Assembly (NCBI GenBank): GCA_028708095.1
Contig: JAQVZQ010000001.1
Location: 1,272 to 65,271, forward strand
DNA from: Dysgonamonadaceae bacterium
GTDB taxonomy: Bacteria > Bacteroidota > Bacteroidia > Bacteroidales > Dysgonomonadaceae
Direction: 5' to 3'
DNA length: 64,000 nucleotides
Every line of letters starts with the position of its first letter. The stretch's first letter is position 1. The translations under genes were made by a program, and so were the position numbers. The notes beneath the pieces are model-generated. The model worked only from the letters and a program-made list of their open reading frames with translations, ran no database searches and was not told the DNA's origin. Below, in pieces: positions 1 through 10,607 of this stretch.

Positions 1-350
1 TATAAACTTCAGCTTATTCAAAAACTCCGTTTAAAAAGCGTTATTTAAAATTTTATTCCAATAAGTATATAATGATGTATGGATATAAGTAAAAATTGAA
101 CCTAAAGTTCAAATTGAGCAGATTAATGTTACTTAAAAAATAAGCTATAAATCATGTTGTCAATAAATGTAGCGTTAGTGTGCATATAAGAGAAATAATG
201 AAAAGAAGTATTCTTAAAAGTCTCTTCATCATGCGTAAATAGAATTTCATGTAATAATAATGCATTGTGAAGGTACGAATTTTTCCCAAAGTAGATATTG
301 TTTTTATTTTTCTATAAGACTAGATAGACACTCCTCATATCTCACACCCC

Positions 351-659
351 TCACTCAACCCCAAACTCCAACCCCAAAGAGTTCCCTTCGTCATCCACCA
401 CAGTTACTCTATGTTTGCCTCTGTTGGGCGATAGCTCCATTTGATGCACATCGGAAGTTTCGTCCACATAATCATTGTTCAGGTGCCAATAGACAACAGT
501 TGATGGATCTTGGTGCGCCAATTCGAAAATTGTTTTGCCCTGTGAACCATCCAACTGTTTGGTCAGCTTGATAGTGGCATTGTAGTAAGGATAGATAAAC
601 TGCATAGGTTGCCCCGAGCCTACTAACACACATTCGGGAGAAAATGGAGGCATTTTCAT
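351..659 (-). pseudogene. Isolated C-terminal-domain fragment of a penicillin-binding protein 1C (PbpC)-like gene
   Basis: The 102-aa ORF (..VVYWHLNNDYV..GKHRVTVVDDEGNSL..) resembles the beta-sandwich C-terminal domain of PBP1C. No transglycosylase or transpeptidase part is seen upstream. Confidence 0.4.
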
Positions 660-824
660 TAGATAAACTTAACGAATTGACGTAAACTGCATCACTTTTA
701 TGTGTTCATCAAAAGCTAATTTAGTAATCACTGTTCCGCAGTAGGTATTTCTACATATTTTGTGACTAAATGAACGCTTTGGTTAACTAAGCATGGAAAA
801 AAGATCTGTTATTTGCCGTTTCAA

Positions 825-2183
825 CTATCTCAATTTTTCAAGCATAACCAAGTTCGAAAAAATATCGTAAGCCGTCTGCAAGTAGTTTTGCCGAGCATTC
901 TGTAACTCTAATTGTGCACTCAGCAATTCATTTTCGAGAATGTATCCTTTGTTAAATTGCACCTCTGCTGCTCTCAAGTTTTGTTCACTCATTTTTAGGT
1001 TTTCCTGACGAAGAAGATATTCCTTTTGATGCGTTTTAAGAAGCGTATGTTCACTTAACCATTCCCTATTTCGAGTGTTGCATATATTGCGTAAGTTCTC
1101 AGTCTCCATTTGTTGTCTTATGCGCAATTGAGACAACTGGTTGGCAGTATTAATCGACTGTGTAATCGGAACTTTCAGTGTCAAACCGATAAAACTGTTT
1201 CCTTTCCAGAACTCATTCTTTGCCAAACTCAATTCGTTTGCATAATAATTTGCGCCGTAAAAACCTGTTAGAGAAAGTGTTGGTGCATATCTCCATGTTG
1301 CATTTTTAATTCGGTTCATGGTAAGCGAAACCACTTCATTTTGACGAATCTCCTCCAAACTGATTCTTTCAGCATACTTTTGCATCCCAACACTTGCCAT
1401 AGTTTCGTATAATGCAGGAATATCTTCCAAAAGGTGCAAGCGTTGAATGTTCTCTTCTGTAACCGACTGTCCCATCAGGTGCAATAATTTAGCAGTTGCT
1501 TCAGCCTCAATTCTGGTGCCTTGTAAATAGCGCGAAAGTGATTCATTGAAAGTAGCCTGAGCCTTGTTCTTTTCTACAAGCGAAGTTTTTTGTTTTTGAT
1601 ACAAATCGTTGCTGTTTTGTAATAAACGATGATAAAATAATGTATCAGCTGTAAGCAATTGCAACTGTTCTTGCGCAATTAGACACTCAGCATAAGTTAA
1701 TGCCACATCGGCACGAAGATTTTTTTCTGACAATTGCGCATCATATTCATCAATTTTTAATAGTTGCTTATTTTCAGAAACCTCTCCTATTTTTTCTGGA
1801 TTAAACAAATCATACGAAAGATGCAATCCTGCAGAAGAATTCCAATCAGTATTAAATTTCATATAAACGGTTTCTCCTTCGGGAGCGTTCGAATCCATAA
1901 GAAATGCAGGAACAGGTGTGGAGGGGATAATTAAGTTCCGCCTTAAATCGCCTGAAAAATAGATCTCGGGAATCCTCGTTATACGAGCTTGGTTGAGTTT
2001 CAGTCGAGATTCTTCTACCGTCAATTTGCTTACACGATGTGTTGGTGAAGATTGAAGCGAATAACGAAGCACGTCATTCAATGAAAGATTTTGCAAATCA
2101 ATATCCTCTTCCATTTGCCCATAAACTGGTGATGCAAAAAGCATGAACGCCAATACGTAAAACGAAAATACACTTCTTTTCAT
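825..2183 (-). CDS. TolC-family outer-membrane efflux protein
   Basis: 452 aa with a signal peptide and two long coiled repeat halves typical of OEP/TolC. It is the last gene of the ABC exporter operon. Confidence 0.85.
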   Translation of the reverse strand: MKRSVFSFYVLAFMLFASPVYGQMEEDIDLQNLSLNDVLRYSLQSSPTHRVSKLTVEESRLKLNQARITRIPEIYFSGDLRRNLIIPSTPVPAFLMDSNAPEGETVYMKFNTDWNSSAGLHLSYDLFNPEKIGEVSENKQLLKIDEYDAQLSEKNLRADVALTYAECLIAQEQLQLLTADTLFYHRLLQNSNDLYQKQKTSLVEKNKAQATFNESLSRYLQGTRIEAEATAKLLHLMGQSVTEENIQRLHLLEDIPALYETMASVGMQKYAERISLEEIRQNEVVSLTMNRIKNATWRYAPTLSLTGFYGANYYANELSLAKNEFWKGNSFIGLTLKVPITQSINTANQLSQLRIRQQMETENLRNICNTRNREWLSEHTLLKTHQKEYLLRQENLKMSEQNLRAAEVQFNKGYILENELLSAQLELQNARQNYLQTAYDIFSNLVMLEKLR

Positions 2184-2203
2184 AAAAATCCCTGTTATTA
2201 ATT

Positions 2204-3340
2204 TTAACGAAATACCGATGAGGGCTCAACTTTTTTGAGTTTGCTAATAGAAAAAAATGAGCTCCCTACAGCAATAAGCAACGTGACTGAAAATAAAAAT
2301 AGGAGAAAGGGAGGTGATAAACTGATAATTAAACCCGCTTTTTCCATTCCTAACTTTGTTCCAATCAACAATATCAGTGATATCAAAAAACCTGTTACTG
2401 CATATAAAAACGATTGTGCAACAACGAGCAATACAATATATCGTTCGGATGCACCAATGGCTTTTAGTGTTCCATAGTCTTTTATCCGGTCGTAAGTTGC
2501 AGAGTACATCGTAAGTCCGATAATAAAGAAGCCACTAATAATGGCAAAAATAACAAGCGTGCCAAAACTCATTCCCATATTATTAGCAGTCATCACGTTT
2601 ATCACTGTAGCATTACTCAAATCTTCGGAACGCCATGCTCTTAAATCGGGTGCTATATGATTGATTTGAGCAACCACTTTGTTAATTTTATTGGGATCTT
2701 TTACAGTAACAATAATGCCGTTTACTGAAAAGTTTGACATACCCGAAAAATAGCGTGCTTTCGATGTTGTTGTATATAAAAGAGGACTCGAAAATCCTTT
2801 GGCATTTTTTGTAGTAACACTCACTTGGGCAGCTTTTCCATTTATTTCGAAACGCATTCCAGACTCCACTCCATAACCGAATGCCTTGTTGTCATAAAAA
2901 TCTGCCGATACTGTCCCTGGAAGTGCTAAATCATTAATCATTCCTGTTTTGATGAGTGAAGCCGATGGTCCCGCTGCTAGTTGTGGATAATCGCTACCTA
3001 TAATAATTGCTGGAGAATTATCTCCGTTCGGAAATTTTACCGATACGTTAGCAACTACGATTCCATGGGTGTTAGTCACACCATCTATACTGCGTATTTG
3101 ATTTGTCCAACGCACATCGAAAGGCGACAATTGGTTGGCATTGTTGGTTTGTTTTTCTACAACAAACACTTGAGAGTATTTTGGATTGGCATTATTTACG
3201 ATGCCGCCAATCAATCCCGACAGGTAAAAGAAAATGCCCAATTCCAAACCAATCAAATAAATACTGATAACGATTGCTGTCAGAATCCCAAGGCTTTTCG
3301 ATTTCTCGAACCGAATAAATTTATACGCAGTTTTTAGCAT
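2204..3340 (-). CDS. ABC transporter permease, FtsX/MacB (DevC)-like
   Basis: 378 aa with an N-terminal TM, a large periplasmic domain and a C-terminal 3-TM FtsX-type bundle. It is tightly packed with the adaptor and ATPase genes. Confidence 0.85.
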   Translation of the reverse strand: MLKTAYKFIRFEKSKSLGILTAIVISIYLIGLELGIFFYLSGLIGGIVNNANPKYSQVFVVEKQTNNANQLSPFDVRWTNQIRSIDGVTNTHGIVVANVSVKFPNGDNSPAIIIGSDYPQLAAGPSASLIKTGMINDLALPGTVSADFYDNKAFGYGVESGMRFEINGKAAQVSVTTKNAKGFSSPLLYTTTSKARYFSGMSNFSVNGIIVTVKDPNKINKVVAQINHIAPDLRAWRSEDLSNATVINVMTANNMGMSFGTLVIFAIISGFFIIGLTMYSATYDRIKDYGTLKAIGASERYIVLLVVAQSFLYAVTGFLISLILLIGTKLGMEKAGLIISLSPPFLLFLFSVTLLIAVGSSFFSISKLKKVEPSSVFR

Positions 3341-3346
3341 GACGCA

Positions 3347-4276
3347 TCAATTTAATAGTACTGTACACTCAAGTTTCGTTTCGATAAGCAACGGTCTTGT
3401 TATATTGCTCAGCAATACTTCAATCTCGCGTACACGACGATCCTCCATATCATTACCGCTATCAGAAAACAACGATTTTGTCTTCAGATTGGGAGAGATG
3501 CGTAATATTTCGCCCTCTGCTACAAGAACACTGTCTCCAATAAAAGCTACAGAACAAGGCTGTCCCAATGCAAGTTCACCTGCAAACAGTTCATCAATCT
3601 CTGCCACAACCATCAACGGTGCATGGGGAGCCAAACGTCCGTATGTTTGGTAAGCAGTAACTGCCTCACCTACATTTAGGGCAATATCTAAAACAGTCCC
3701 ATCTATTGGAGCAGTAAGTTGCGCTTGGCTCAGGTTGTTTAATTTGGAAGCATGTTGCACTGTGAGTTCTTGTAGTAGTGCTTGTTGCCCATCCATGTCA
3801 CTTCCAAGCTTTTTCAATTGCAACAGACCTTGGTCATAATCGTTTTGCAATTCACGCACTTTTTCTCCGCTTATAGCACCAACTGCAAAGAGCTCGTGCG
3901 AATCATTTAGTAAACGCATCTTTTCTTTCACGGCAATGCGCTCACGTTCTACCAAGTTTTTCACAGATTGAACATTACCTTGTTGTGAAACAAGGCGCGA
4001 GTCAGCTTCTTTCACGGCAAAAGAAGCATCGGTGTTGTCCAACACCAGCAATACATCTCCTTTTTCAACAATATCTCCCGTTTGCACATTAACCCGCTTT
4101 ACAATTCCCGAAACAGGTGCTGCCAAATCGCTAATGCCTCCTTGAGGGATTACTTTCCCTATACCCACAATGCGTGTTATGGAAGGCGCAGACGCTGGAG
4201 CGTTATCCTCTCCTTTATTGGTACAGGCTGATACCAACAAAAGCGTAATGGTCAACAAAAACAGTTGTTTTTTCAT
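3347..4276 (-). CDS. HlyD/efflux periplasmic adaptor lipoprotein
   Basis: Lipobox LLVSAC, a biotinyl-lipoyl-like hairpin (GDIVEKGDVLLVLD) and a coiled-coil middle region. Confidence 0.85.
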   Translation of the reverse strand: MKKQLFLLTITLLLVSACTNKGEDNAPASAPSITRIVGIGKVIPQGGISDLAAPVSGIVKRVNVQTGDIVEKGDVLLVLDNTDASFAVKEADSRLVSQQGNVQSVKNLVERERIAVKEKMRLLNDSHELFAVGAISGEKVRELQNDYDQGLLQLKKLGSDMDGQQALLQELTVQHASKLNNLSQAQLTAPIDGTVLDIALNVGEAVTAYQTYGRLAPHAPLMVVAEIDELFAGELALGQPCSVAFIGDSVLVAEGEILRISPNLKTKSLFSDSGNDMEDRRVREIEVLLSNITRPLLIETKLECTVLLN

Positions 4277-4291
4277 CTTATTTATTCTTGA

Positions 4292-4981
4292 TTATATTTC
4301 ATCTTCAATAGGCTCTTCGCTGATTTTCCCATCCGTTACATAAATGGTACGATCGGCATATTTATTCAGACGCATATCGTGTGTTACAATGATAACAGCT
4401 CTGTTTTCACGTGAAAGATCACGCAACATCTCCATCACCTGTTTTGCGCTGGATTGATCTAGCGATGCTGTAGGCTCGTCACACAGCACCAGTTGCGGAT
4501 TGGTGATAAGCGAACGTGCAACAGCAATGCGTTGTTGCTGCCCTCCACTTAGGTTGCGAGGAAGGTTGTTTTTTCGGTCTTCCATGTTAAAAGTACGAAT
4601 AAGCTCTAATGCTCTTTTTTTGGCATTCTTCTGGTTCATGCCCTGCAGAATGAGAGGTTGCATTACATTTTCGAGTGCATTAAGCGGTGCAAGCAAATTG
4701 AATCCTTGAAATACAAAACCTATGTGTTCTAAACGCAACTTTGCCAATTTCTTCTCGGGTAGCTCGCTGACACAGGTGTCGCCCACCCAAACCTCACCTG
4801 CTGTTGGATAAATAACACATCCCAACAAGGATAACAGCGTAGTCTTACGCGAACCTGAAGGACCAACAAGAAGTGTTATCTCTCCTGTACGAAATTCCAC
4901 TGTAGTTGGTGCTAACGCCACAATAGACGTATCGCCTGTTTTATATTCTTTTCCTGCATTCTTGAGTCGAGCTGCAATCAT
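4292..4981 (-). CDS. ABC transporter ATP-binding protein (MacB/LolD/DevA-like)
   Basis: Walker A GPSGSRKTT, signature LSGGQQQR, Walker B LVLCDEPT. Confidence 0.92.
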   Translation of the reverse strand: MIAARLKNAGKEYKTGDTSIVALAPTTVEFRTGEITLLVGPSGSRKTTLLSLLGCVIYPTAGEVWVGDTCVSELPEKKLAKLRLEHIGFVFQGFNLLAPLNALENVMQPLILQGMNQKNAKKRALELIRTFNMEDRKNNLPRNLSGGQQQRIAVARSLITNPQLVLCDEPTASLDQSSAKQVMEMLRDLSRENRAVIIVTHDMRLNKYADRTIYVTDGKISEEPIEDEI

Positions 4982-5090
4982 ATTGATAGATTTTTCTATA
5001 CAAATTAAGACATTTACGGACTAATACGCAAGCATATTTGCACGTTTATGAAAATAATAATACATTTACGTACTTATATTTAAGTCTTGT

Positions 5091-5705
5091 ATGAAAACAA
5101 AAGAAATTTTACTGCAGTTAATTGAAGAACTTGATAAGTTTGAACATTCGCTTTCGGAAAACGAAACTCCCGATATGAACGATTTTATAGCCTTCTTATG
5201 CAACACCAAAAACATAGAACAACGCTATTCATCAGAAGTAGAAATAGCACAGCACGTAAGTTTGCTTCATCGTTATTCAAAATTTTACATGAAAAAAGTG
5301 TTGAAAAATTCGGCCATGAAAACTATGGAAGAGTACACCTACTTAATACCACTCCTCCACCGTGAAAGCCTTTCTAAAACTGAGTTAAACAGCATGAATG
5401 TGATGGAAAAAACATCGGGAAATGAAATTATAAAAAGGTTGCTCAAAAAAAATTTAATCAGACAGCAACGCAACCAGTTAGACAGACGCAGTATGTCTGT
5501 ATTTATTACCGATAAAGGGCGAAATGAAATCCTCAAGCTCTACCCAAATTTGCAAAAAAGCGCAACGTTGCTCTCATCTAGTTTGTCAACTTCACAAAAA
5601 ACCATTCTAGCAAACAGCATGAGAGAAATGAGCCATTTTCATAGTGATATCTTCATTAACGGAAAAGACAAAACAATAGACGAGATTATGCAGGAGCTAA
5701 CGTAG
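5091..5705 (+). CDS. MarR-family transcriptional regulator
   Basis: 204 aa with a winged-helix region (LSKTELNSMNVMEKTSGNEIIKRLLKKNLIRQ..DRRS). It is divergent from the exporter operon. Confidence 0.7.
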   Translation: MKTKEILLQLIEELDKFEHSLSENETPDMNDFIAFLCNTKNIEQRYSSEVEIAQHVSLLHRYSKFYMKKVLKNSAMKTMEEYTYLIPLLHRESLSKTELNSMNVMEKTSGNEIIKRLLKKNLIRQQRNQLDRRSMSVFITDKGRNEILKLYPNLQKSATLLSSSLSTSQKTILANSMREMSHFHSDIFINGKDKTIDEIMQELT

Positions 5706-6180
5706 CAAAAACCAAGCATGAACTTCTTGCTGGTCAATCCCTGTCCACGTTGAAATAGCAACTCAAAAACTATAGTGCAATATATACCGCTATCCAAAAA
5801 CTGGAATGGATTGCAATTCTCCCAATTATTCAACATGGCTTCTCGATAAGTTGTTTATATACACACCTTGATATAACTGTCGGGTAATCAAGACCTGTTG
5901 TGATAATATCGCAGACAAACTTCTTCTTGTTTAAATGTGATTGAAAAGGGGATTCAATCAAATTAAAATATCATCTACTTCATATTTTTGTTGTTGCAAT
6001 AAAAATTGAACTCACAGACAATTGTCATCAAATCAACTTTTTTTAATCTCTCCTTGCCACTATACCAAATAAACATTATAAGATAATACTATCACCGATT
6101 TACACAGTCACTTCTAAAACAGTTTTATTGTTATTGTATATGCCGCAATTAGTAACTATATACCTAATGCACCAATACAC

Positions 6181-6737
6181 ACCAGTAACACACTTTAATT
6201 ATACATTTACATCCTTGTTTCAACATTTACTGAATGTTATTTCTTCTCTTACTCCTAAACCACCCACGAAAAAATGGGATTATCTTCTGTAAGCTACTAA
6301 AAACTTACGCAATTGTTACTTTATTATTGTTTTCATAGCAAAACAAGTTGATATAGTAGCTTATTTGAAACAGACCTACCTGCGGAGCCTCCGTTGCAAG
6401 GTCTGTTGTTAACAGAGTGTTAAACGGAGCCTCCGATTAACACTCTGCTCGCACATTTGTTAAAGCGGAGCCTCCGTTTAACAGTCAACAGTGAACAGAC
6501 CGACCAACGGAGGCTCCGTTGTAAGGAAATTTGCAAAAAAACTCTTTTTTCATAAGTTTTTGGTCCGTTTTGGGTTATTTTGTTGTTAAATTGAATGATA
6601 ATGGCTCTCTACAGTTAAAATTTCGTTGTATAAAAAAATAACAAGCGATTAGAACGAAGAAAAAAGCTGCCTAAACGTCGCAATTAGATGCAAATACTTG
6701 TTTTTGGTATGAAAAATTTGTGGATAAGAGTGATTTT
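6181..6737 (+). repeat. Copy A of a conserved noncoding element of about 555 bp with a four-hairpin CGGAGSCTCCG array (array at 6369-6521)
   Basis: Aligns by eye along its whole length with 50519-51076 in the same orientation. No conserved ORF is present. Confidence 0.85.
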
Positions 6738-6958
6738 ATAAAAATATATAAGGTCATTGATATAAACCTTTCATAGGTTCAAAAAATCTAACCTTTCATT
6801 ACTGAATTTCCTGTAATGATACTCTTTGCATATTATAGAATGGAAGAGCTTGGGTTTACTTGAAGATATTAGATAACAAAATTATTTCTTTAAATACAAG
6901 TATAATTTTGTACTTTTGCAGTGTTGATTAATAAAACGTAAAGCATAAAAATAAATAG

Positions 6959-7918
6959 ATGGTTATTTTATCCGTTTTAATTATAGCAGGATTTACTGCA
7001 TTGATATTTGGCGCTAATTGGTTAGTGGATGGTGCATCGGCTCTTGCCAAAAAATATAATGTGTCAGATTTAATTATTGGTCTAACCATTGTTTCTTTTG
7101 GTACATCAGCCCCCGAATTGGTGGTAAACTCTGTGGCATCATATAATGGGTATTCCGATATAATTTTAGGCAATATACTTGGCAGTAACAATTTCAACCT
7201 GTTTATTACACTTGGTATAGCTGGGTTAATCTATCCAATGAGGGTACATATATCAACAGTATGGAAAGAGATTCCCATTTCGTTTGGTGCTGCATTCCTT
7301 TTCCTATTGATGGCTAACAATTTTTTCTTTACTGATAACACCGCTATATTAAGGATAGATGGAGCAGTGTTACTGTTATGTTTTGCTGCATTCCTCTTTT
7401 ATATTTTCAGAGAAATGAAAAAAGGAACAGAGCCAATTGAAGAAATAACCGTTCAACACATGTCTGGCTTAAAAATAACAGCCTTAATTATAATAGGATT
7501 AGCAGGGCTGATTGTTGGCGGACAACTTGTAGTTGATAATGGCGTGAAGTTGGCAAAGGGACTGGGCGTTAGTGAAAAAATTATTGGCTTAACAATTATT
7601 GCTATCGGAACTTCTTTACCTGAGCTTTTAACATCTGTGGTGGCTGCTTTAAAGAAAAACAGTGGGATAGCCATGGGAAACATCATTGGATCAAATATAT
7701 TCAACATTCTACTAATCCTCTCCATTAGTTCTTTAATAGCTCCAATTAATTTCTTACCCTATTTCAATATAGACCTACTGATATTATTAGGAGGCACAAT
7801 TTTTCTTTTCCTCTCTATGTTTGTTGGACAAAAATTTAAATTGGAGAGATGGCAAGCTGCTTTTCTTTTGATTTTTTATTTGACATACATGGGCTATTTA
7901 GTTTGGTTGGAATTATAG
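6959..7918 (+). CDS. Ca2+/Na+ antiporter, CaCA family (YrbG-like)
   Basis: 319 aa, polytopic, with two alpha-repeats GTSAPEL and GTSLPEL. Confidence 0.9.
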   Translation: MVILSVLIIAGFTALIFGANWLVDGASALAKKYNVSDLIIGLTIVSFGTSAPELVVNSVASYNGYSDIILGNILGSNNFNLFITLGIAGLIYPMRVHISTVWKEIPISFGAAFLFLLMANNFFFTDNTAILRIDGAVLLLCFAAFLFYIFREMKKGTEPIEEITVQHMSGLKITALIIIGLAGLIVGGQLVVDNGVKLAKGLGVSEKIIGLTIIAIGTSLPELLTSVVAALKKNSGIAMGNIIGSNIFNILLILSISSLIAPINFLPYFNIDLLILLGGTIFLFLSMFVGQKFKLERWQAAFLLIFYLTYMGYLVWLEL

Positions 7919-8017
7919 GTGTTTTTCATTTAAGTGCATGACTAAATAATAATGCATCACCAGCAACTTAGCGAGGCTTTAGGGTACTTTTCTTTTCTCA
8001 AAATATTTTTTAGATGA

Positions 8018-8303
8018 CGGAAATGAAGATCAACAGTTGAAAATCGTTTCCGTCGTCTCGGAAATGTTTTGTAACAGAAGAAACTCACTTTTTAAGCAAA
8101 AAAAAGCATGTTTTTGTGTCACAATCATCATTCCCCTTCATTTATTTGACAACTCACACTCTAAAGCTGTATTCTTGGTATCGAATGCATTGTTTTTCAC
8201 CTGTTTTTTTCAATTTAAGTCATTTCTCTCTCATTTTTTCATTCTAAAATATTTTTTTGTTGACGGATTCGATTTTCAACAGTTAATCGTTCAATCCGAC
8301 ACC
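8018..8303. repeat. MITE-like unit bounded by inverted copies of the dispersed hairpin repeat (CAACAGTTGAAAATCG..TCCGTC)
   Basis: 8031-8057 is a near reverse complement of 8262-8288. Each end is itself a hairpin. The same unit recurs at 60.83-60.90 kb. Confidence 0.5.
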
Positions 8304-8556
8304 TGAAAAATATTCTTACTCGATTTTAAACTAATCTTCGAGCTTACTTCACGTATATTCCATCATTTTACATTTAGTAAATCAAACAATCATATCGCTG
8401 TATACTTTTGACATTATTAAAAGATTTCACTCAATATTTTTCTGCATTTTAAAATAACTTCTCAGCAAGAAAGTTAAACTCTATGTCCATATACAACAAA
8501 TAAGGCTTCACATCAGTTATACCAATGAAAGTGAAGTTTATAAATGTATTAAAGCA

Positions 8557-9486
8557 ATGAATCAAATGGAGAAAATGAAAGCATATGTACGTATTAATGA
8601 CATTAAGCAAGACGTGGAATTAGCGAATGTACCTATACCTGATATAATGGCTGATCAAGTACTCATAAAAGTAAAAGCTTTTGGTGTTGGAATTCATGAT
8701 AGATATTTTATTCCTAACCCTATAGATTATCCATATGTGATTGGTTCTGAAGGTGCAGGAGTCATAAAAAAATTAGGTGAGAGTGTAATAGGTTTTGAAA
8801 TTGGAGATAGGGTTATATTTACCACAGTTCTTCAACCTCAAGGTGGAAGTTGGGCAGAGTATGCTGTATCTAAATATACATCGTTAATACGAATGCCAGA
8901 CGAAATGACATTTGCACAAGGATCTGCAGTGCCCATTGCAGGTAAAACAGCTATAGAAAGTATGCGGGAACTGAATCTTAACAAAGGAGATCACCTCTTC
9001 ATTGCAGGAGCGTCTGGAGCAATTGGCTCTTTGGTGATACAATTGGCTGCATCCAAAGGTATTCACGTATCTGCTTCTGCATCTAGAGGAAACCATAAAT
9101 ATATGGAGTCTCTTGGAGCAGATAAATCAATAGATTATAAAGACACTGATTGGATAAATAAAATAAAAACATGGTCAAAAGGTGGTGTAGATGCTGCTTT
9201 GGCTATTCAACCAGGGACAGGCATACACAGTTTGAAGGTAGTTAAAGAAGGTGGCAAATTAATTACAGTTTCTGGTGATAATGTAATGACTGAACGCAAT
9301 ATTGAAGTAAAACAAATGGGTCATGAGGAAGAAACACGCCATAAGATAATTCAAATGGTTAGTGACATTGTTGAAGGTAAAATTAACCTCATTATCGAAG
9401 ATGAATATCCATTCGATGATGCGTTGAAAGCATTGGAAAAAACTGAAACACGTCATGCGAGAGGAAAATCTGTTGTTATCTTATAA
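8557..9486 (+). CDS. Medium-chain dehydrogenase/reductase (quinone oxidoreductase-like, NADPH-dependent)
   Basis: GroES-like N-terminal part plus a Rossmann motif AGASGAIGS. Confidence 0.8.
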   Translation: MNQMEKMKAYVRINDIKQDVELANVPIPDIMADQVLIKVKAFGVGIHDRYFIPNPIDYPYVIGSEGAGVIKKLGESVIGFEIGDRVIFTTVLQPQGGSWAEYAVSKYTSLIRMPDEMTFAQGSAVPIAGKTAIESMRELNLNKGDHLFIAGASGAIGSLVIQLAASKGIHVSASASRGNHKYMESLGADKSIDYKDTDWINKIKTWSKGGVDAALAIQPGTGIHSLKVVKEGGKLITVSGDNVMTERNIEVKQMGHEEETRHKIIQMVSDIVEGKINLIIEDEYPFDDALKALEKTETRHARGKSVVIL

Positions 9487-9613
9487 AATGCACCATCATT
9501 TAATAACAATGAGCAAATTGTTCCTTTTATTTTTAAAATACCACAATAATTATTAATTTATTTACTATCTTTCATTTTGAAAATATATGAGCCAACAATA
9601 AAATACAATCAGG

Positions 9614-10546
9614 ATGAAAAAAGTTAATCTTATTATTGGAGTAGTGCTTTCAATATTCCTTATTAGTTTGTTAATAAGTTGCAATAGGAATAGAAACCCC
9701 AGAATGAAGAATCCTCCCAAACATGTCATTCTTATTGGGTTTGATGGGATGAGCGCCAACAGTTTAAAAAACGGAGTCGACATGCCCAACTATAGATCTA
9801 TGATGAAGAGAGGTGCTTACACACTGAACAACAGATCGGTGCTACCATCCTCGAGTGCTGCCAATTGGGCTTCGATGTATATGGGGGCAAGTCCGGAACT
9901 TCATGGCTTTAACACATGGGGAAGCAAAGAACCCGATTTCGAATCGCGTGAGTTGACCGAAAACAATCTTTTTCCAGATATCTTTTATCTTATTCGAAAA
10001 ATAAGGCGCAAAGCTGAAATAGGTCATATTTACGAATGGGGTGGAATGTATTACTTGGCAGACAACAAATCGATTAACTACATCAGACAAGCAAATTTAT
10101 CGGGTGCAAATATAAAAACAGCAGTTGCTCCAGCAGTAGAGTACATTATTAATGAGAAACCTAACTTTTGCGCTATCATTTTTGATCAACCCGATGGAGT
10201 AGGACATAGCGATGGTTGGGAGTCTGAAGCGTATTATGCTATGCTCAATCATCTCGACAATTCCTTGCAGACAATTGTTGATGCAGTCGAAGAAGCTGGA
10301 ATATTGAAAAACACCATATTTGTTTTAGCTTCTGATCATGGAGGTGCTGATAAAGGACATGGAGGTCCAACTATGGATGAAATGGAAACACCCTTTGTGT
10401 TTTTTGGTAAAGGGATAAAAAACGACTTTGAAATACCAGAAAGCACGATGATTTACGATATTGCTGCGACTATTGGTTATATGTTTGGAGTAAAACAACC
10501 TCAAGTATGGATTGGGCGTCCTATTATGTCGATTTTTGAAGAATAA
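9614..10546 (+). CDS. Alkaline phosphatase superfamily / type I phosphodiesterase-nucleotide pyrophosphatase
   Basis: Lipoprotein-like leader (LLISC), metal-site motifs ILIGFDGM and ASDHGG. Confidence 0.75.
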   Translation: MKKVNLIIGVVLSIFLISLLISCNRNRNPRMKNPPKHVILIGFDGMSANSLKNGVDMPNYRSMMKRGAYTLNNRSVLPSSSAANWASMYMGASPELHGFNTWGSKEPDFESRELTENNLFPDIFYLIRKIRRKAEIGHIYEWGGMYYLADNKSINYIRQANLSGANIKTAVAPAVEYIINEKPNFCAIIFDQPDGVGHSDGWESEAYYAMLNHLDNSLQTIVDAVEEAGILKNTIFVLASDHGGADKGHGGPTMDEMETPFVFFGKGIKNDFEIPESTMIYDIAATIGYMFGVKQPQVWIGRPIMSIFEE

Positions 10547-10607
10547 AAGTGTGATGAATTATGCGAATTATATCATTGCAATAACTTAAATGTTATGATA
10601 CAGATAA

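Noticed and set aside
260-571. A 103-aa plus-strand ORF
   Set aside because: It is antisense to the PBP1C-like fragment, and its proline/threonine-rich translation has no motifs.
5010-5070. Direct repeat ACATTTACG (5010-5018 and 5062-5070) in the MarR/ABC divergent promoter region as a MarR operator
   Set aside because: There are only two 9-nt copies in AT-rich DNA and no palindromic symmetry of the kind typical for MarR dimers. The evidence is insufficient.
6719-6727. A perfect DnaA box (TGTGGATAA) inside repeat copy A, hinting at an origin
   Set aside because: It is a single box. Copy B has a mismatch (TATGGATAA). There is no box cluster, DNA-unwinding element context, or dnaA gene nearby.
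8037-8306. An 89-aa ORF in the yrbG-oxidoreductase gap
   Set aside because: It spans the MITE-like repeat and has an F/C/S-rich implausible composition with no recognisable domain.
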